Source: Leptospiraceae bacterium
GTDB lineage: Bacteria; Spirochaetota; Leptospiria; Leptospirales; Leptonemataceae
Length of the DNA: 64,000 bases
Assembly: GCA_040217195.1 (NCBI GenBank)
Contig: JAVJNR010000004.1
Coordinates: 704,001 to 768,000 of the forward strand
Reading direction: 5' to 3'
The notes under the pieces: generated by a model
The model's input: only the letters and a program-made list of their open reading frames with translations
The model's database searches: none
What the model was told of the DNA's origin: nothing
In this document: positions 60,445-64,000 of the stretch, piece after piece
How positions within the stretch are numbered: the first letter of the stretch is position 1
How the letters are laid out: each line of letters opens with the position of its first letter
Position numbers and translations under genes: made by a program

Positions 60445-62235
60445 CTAAATTAGCTGCAGGGTAAGCCTCTTTTCGACTCCAGCCATAAAGGCGATACAAT
60501 CCAGCTGGTATTGGCGACAGAGACTTAACCGTTTCTGCCTGATCTCTCCCTCCAGTCGAAGTGTGCTTCGGTAATAGAGCATGGAACAAATCAGCCTGGC
60601 TGCTCCCTCCACGATTAACGATGCTACCTTTTCTCTTTCCTCAGAGGCCAGCTCTTTATAGCGATGAATGCATTGCTCGAATGTGTCTCTAATTTCATCG
60701 AGAATAGATGTCTCTGAACTATCAAAATGATCCCATTCGCAGTCCAGGTATTCTCTTAAGAAACCCTGAGGACCCATTCCAGTAACAACACCACCAATAG
60801 CTGCATTTACTTGAATCTGAGAGGTACCGTCATAGATAGTGACTACTCGAGCATCCCTGTATAGTCTGGAAACATCATAGTCTTCCGTAAATCCAGCTCC
60901 TCCATGTATCTGCACAGCTTTGCCAACAATGGAAATGCAGGACTCGGAACAATAGAACTTGGAAATGGGAGTCAGTATTCCGGCCAGTTTTTCCCAGTAT
61001 TTGATGATTGTATCGCTTTTTAGATCTTTCTCCGTGGCTCCCTGGCGCTTCAGATGTTCGCCTCGCCAGTAATAGGAATCCATAGCCCGGGCGCCTTCGA
61101 ATTGCAGGCATCGCATGGCCTGAACCGTAGATTCCATTTCCTGAATCATGGATGCCACTGCAGGAATTTGATCCAGAGGCCGTTCGAACTGAATTCGTTC
61201 CGATGCATATTTCTTCGCTTCTTCCAGAGCCGCCGTGGACAATCCCACGGATTGCTGAGTAATTCCCATCCGGGCTCCGTTTAGCATGCCCATGGTATAA
61301 CGTACCAGACCCATACCGGATTGCCCCACAAGTAAACCTGGAGTATCTTCAAGCACGATTTCGCACGTAGGAGAAGCATGCATTCCCATCTTTTTTTCGA
61401 TGCCTGCCACCTTTGCATATTGACTGTTCACCAGAAAGAAACTGAGGCCTCTGGCTCCACTGTTCGCACTTCCGGTTCGAGCCAGCAACAATAGCAATGC
61501 AGGCTTATCGCCGGTGCCGCAGCCCTGGGAAATAAATCGTTTCGCCCCTTCCAGCATATACAGTGAGTCCGCATCATCGCCGGCAAACTCTGCGAATTTC
61601 TTTTTTTCTTCCTCGGTGGCAGGGCGGGCTTTTGTGCGAAGATTGGGTAGATCCGATCCATGGTCCGGCTCTGTAAGTCCCATGGCACAGGCGTATTGAC
61701 CGTCCGCCAGAGCCGGAACCCATCTCTTTCGCATTTCTTCGCTTCCGTTTTTCTCAATAATTTCTGCCAGATTTATACAACCAATAGCGATAGTAAGTGC
61801 AGCATCCACTCTGTACATCATTTCGGTAAAAAATGCTCTGACCGTCCAGGGTAGTCCAAGGCCACCATACTCCCTTGCAAGACCGGTGGGCTGCAATCCT
61901 GCCTGCCTGGCTTCTTCCACAATCTCCAGCATTTTGGCCGGAAAATGAACCTCCCCTTTATCAAAGGAAACTCCTTCGCGATCGATGGAAGCAACATAAG
62001 GCGCTATTTTTTTACCTGCAAACTCTCCCACGCTCTCCAGCACAGAGCGATAGTATTCCACCGCCTCTTCTTTCGTGGATGGAGCCAGAGCAAATCGATC
62101 GTCTCCGGTTTCTTTGAACCGTCTGGCATCAAAAAAATCTGCCTCGTAAGCTTCTACTACCTCGCCCCATCGTACCAGATGCTCAAAGTGAAGCTGTAAA
62201 TCTTCGTTATCTAAGAAATAGTTTCCTTCGATCAT
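60445..62235 (-). CDS. Acyl-CoA dehydrogenase
   Basis: MGLTEPDHGSDL, GAKRFIS, EKKMGMHASPTC, YASERIQF, QIHGGAGF, IYDGTSQIQ. Confidence 0.95.
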   Translation of the reverse strand: MIEGNYFLDNEDLQLHFEHLVRWGEVVEAYEADFFDARRFKETGDDRFALAPSTKEEAVEYYRSVLESVGEFAGKKIAPYVASIDREGVSFDKGEVHFPAKMLEIVEEARQAGLQPTGLAREYGGLGLPWTVRAFFTEMMYRVDAALTIAIGCINLAEIIEKNGSEEMRKRWVPALADGQYACAMGLTEPDHGSDLPNLRTKARPATEEEKKKFAEFAGDDADSLYMLEGAKRFISQGCGTGDKPALLLLLARTGSANSGARGLSFFLVNSQYAKVAGIEKKMGMHASPTCEIVLEDTPGLLVGQSGMGLVRYTMGMLNGARMGITQQSVGLSTAALEEAKKYASERIQFERPLDQIPAVASMIQEMESTVQAMRCLQFEGARAMDSYYWRGEHLKRQGATEKDLKSDTIIKYWEKLAGILTPISKFYCSESCISIVGKAVQIHGGAGFTEDYDVSRLYRDARVVTIYDGTSQIQVNAAIGGVVTGMGPQGFLREYLDCEWDHFDSSETSILDEIRDTFEQCIHRYKELASEEREKVASLIVEGAARLICSMLYYRSTLRLEGEIRQKRLSLCRQYQLDCIAFMAGVEKRLTLQLI

Positions 62236-62849
62236 TTCATCTCTCTTTTGGAGACAAAGGCGCCCCGAATCTCATTCAGTTTATATCCTGTGGCTTCATC
62301 GTCCGGATAGAGGTTTTCAATTACAGTTCTTGTCTCTGGTTTAATATCATCGGCTCCTCCATGACATTGGAGACAGAGTGCAGCCTGGATGGGGATGGGA
62401 CTCATTACGTATTCTGCATCTACAGTGCGAAATTGAACCGGGGACAGGGGCTTATTCTCAGCCATTCTATTTTTCCATAAATCCAGCACAGCGGCTTCGA
62501 ATTCGTTGGCTCTGTGATCCGGGTTTCTGGGCTTATCTGAAACTCTGTAAATCTGCCAGCCGGACTCACTGTGCTTTTCTTCCATTTCCGGAGATGCAAT
62601 GCTGCAAACCTGGATTGCATGCGGGGCTCCCTCCTTCTGAATCGCGCCAATCAGCCTCTTTTGTAGATCCCCTTTGAAAGCCATGAATCTGTTCAGGGAC
62701 TGTTGAGTCTCTGGCGAAGGATGTTCTACTGAAATAGCATCCAGGCCCGCTTCCTGTATATCCTGCCCGGATTCAAAGGAATCCGCACCGCATTGGATAA
62801 GCAGAAAGGAAAGGAATGATAAAAGCAATAGTAGAGTTATACGAGGCAT
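62232..62849 (-). CDS. Tll0287/DUF3365-like c-type heme lipoprotein
   Basis: Lipobox LIQC; AIQVC, RVSDKPRNP, CLQCH, YPDDEATGY..NEIRGAF. Confidence 0.88.
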   Translation of the reverse strand: MPRITLLLLLSFLSFLLIQCGADSFESGQDIQEAGLDAISVEHPSPETQQSLNRFMAFKGDLQKRLIGAIQKEGAPHAIQVCSIASPEMEEKHSESGWQIYRVSDKPRNPDHRANEFEAAVLDLWKNRMAENKPLSPVQFRTVDAEYVMSPIPIQAALCLQCHGGADDIKPETRTVIENLYPDDEATGYKLNEIRGAFVSKREMK

Positions 62850-62916
62850 GCCCCAGATTTTAGATCTGATTAACGGAAAGCAAGAAAAAGTCCCCGGACT
62901 TGAAGAGCATTTTACA

Positions 62917-63186
62917 TCATACCGGAGCGCTCATCCTGGTCTGCATGGCCATTACCCTCTTATCCCCGGGCCTCAGCTTTTCCAGAAGCGAAAGTACTAT
63001 CCGGGATCGATCCTGCTTGCCCAGTTTTTTTATAAATGGAATAGAAGCATTAAATTGCGACTGTGCTGCGGATTTCTATATATAGAGCCTTTCGGACTGC
63101 TGCATGGCTCTGGTATCGTTTGCGCCACAATGAATGCCAGTGAGAATCAGCGGTGCAATACCTGATAGAAGAAGCCACCGTTGCAT
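62917..63186 (-). pseudogene. Possible small lipoprotein gene interrupted by an in-frame TAG
   Basis: MQRWLLLSGIAPLILTGIHCG... stops at TAG 63076-63078; the same frame then stays open 52 more codons to TGA 62917-62919. Confidence 0.35.
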
Positions 63187-63330
63187 CCCTTATCCATGGA
63201 CGCATCTCAGGAAACTGCAAGAAAATAAGAAGGAACCCTGTACTTAAGTTCAAGCTTCAGAAGTATTACCTCCTTGACCCAATGTGCCTTCGTAACCCTT
63301 TAGCTTCCGGAAGCGAATCCGGGGAGCAAG

Positions 63331-64000
63331 ATGATGGAAGATAAATCCAGAGTTAAACTGAAGCCGGCCATGGATGCTCTGGCCCAGGCACATCCATCCC
63401 ATGAATCGGAAATTCTAGATTTGCATGGCTGGTTGCTAAATTCCCAGGCCCAGGAAAGGCACAGGATGAATGCGTACAGAGTTTCGCAGTCAACCTCCAT
63501 CCCGGTACGCAATTTGATCCGTATTTTTCTATGGGGCACCCAGAAATCCGTATTTGAATTACACTGGCAGCAGCATTGCCCCCATTGCAACATGATCACC
63601 GCAGAATACGATTCCCTGAGCGCAACATCCGGAGAATCCTATTGTAAAATGTGCGATGTAGAATTCACTGTAGATTTCAAGGAACGGGTTGAGGTTACTT
63701 TTTCATTGCATCCATCTATAGAAGAGCTGGAGATTCCCCCCTATTGCTTACCTCCTAAATCCCTAAAACCAGTCGCTCAGCTTTCTATGGCCCAGGGAGA
63801 AATCGAGGAAGCCGAATTTACTGTAGCGCCGGGGGTTTACAGGTATTACTGCCCTATCACCATGTCCATGGGTAAAATGCATGTAGATTCCGATAGTACT
63901 GGCGAAAGCGAACTAAGTATTTCACAACTGGAAAACAGTACTTTTGATCCACCAGAGATTAGAATTCCTGCAGGTCAGGTTCATCTAAGAGCAGAAAACG
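63331..64000 (+). CDS. DUF5939-type N-terminal domain protein (often adenylate/guanylate cyclase), partial
   Basis: Not in the ORF track; translated by hand from ATG at 63331 after GGGGAG. FELHWQQHCPHC...YCKMCDVEF...RVEVTFSLHP; open to the window end. Confidence 0.75.
   Translation, partial: MMEDKSRVKLKPAMDALAQAHPSHESEILDLHGWLLNSQAQERHRMNAYRVSQSTSIPVRNLIRIFLWGTQKSVFELHWQQHCPHCNMITAEYDSLSATSGESYCKMCDVEFTVDFKERVEVTFSLHPSIEELEIPPYCLPPKSLKPVAQLSMAQGEIEEAEFTVAPGVYRYYCPITMSMGKMHVDSDSTGESELSISQLENSTFDPPEIRIPAGQVHLRAEN

Overview
This 64 kb bacterial chromosomal segment most likely comes from a Leptospiraceae spirochete. The clues are a Loa22-like OmpA lipoprotein, an HbpA-like receptor paired with an HmuY-like protein, spirochete-style lipoboxes and a 7TM-HAMP-PP2C-TPR protein. 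Most of it is housekeeping and metabolic: serS, tatD, cstA, rluD, lpxC, add, a cls-like PLD, thiC with a TPP riboswitch, a kinase/sigma-54 activator pair, recO, argS, rpsT, tRNA-Val and an acyl-CoA dehydrogenase. Four parts stand out. (1) A complete heme-acquisition locus at 9.2-19.1 kb: exbB-exbD-tonB, a divergent orphan lipoprotein, hmuT-hmuU, an in-frame HmuV::HemS fusion that keeps an internal RBS and ATG, an hmuY-like gene and a TonB receptor. Four copies of a Fur-like 7-1-7 palindrome, TGAGAnTnnnTCTCA, tie it together. (2) An island at 24.0-26.6 kb holding two different tandem pairs of diverged orphan paralogues. (3) A sensor-less hybrid kinase whose phospho-acceptor His is replaced by Phe. 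(4) A creBCD operon whose creC is frameshifted in a T9 homopolymer. I saw no CRISPR array, rRNA, integrase or transposase. All family assignments come from motif recognition by eye, not database searches.
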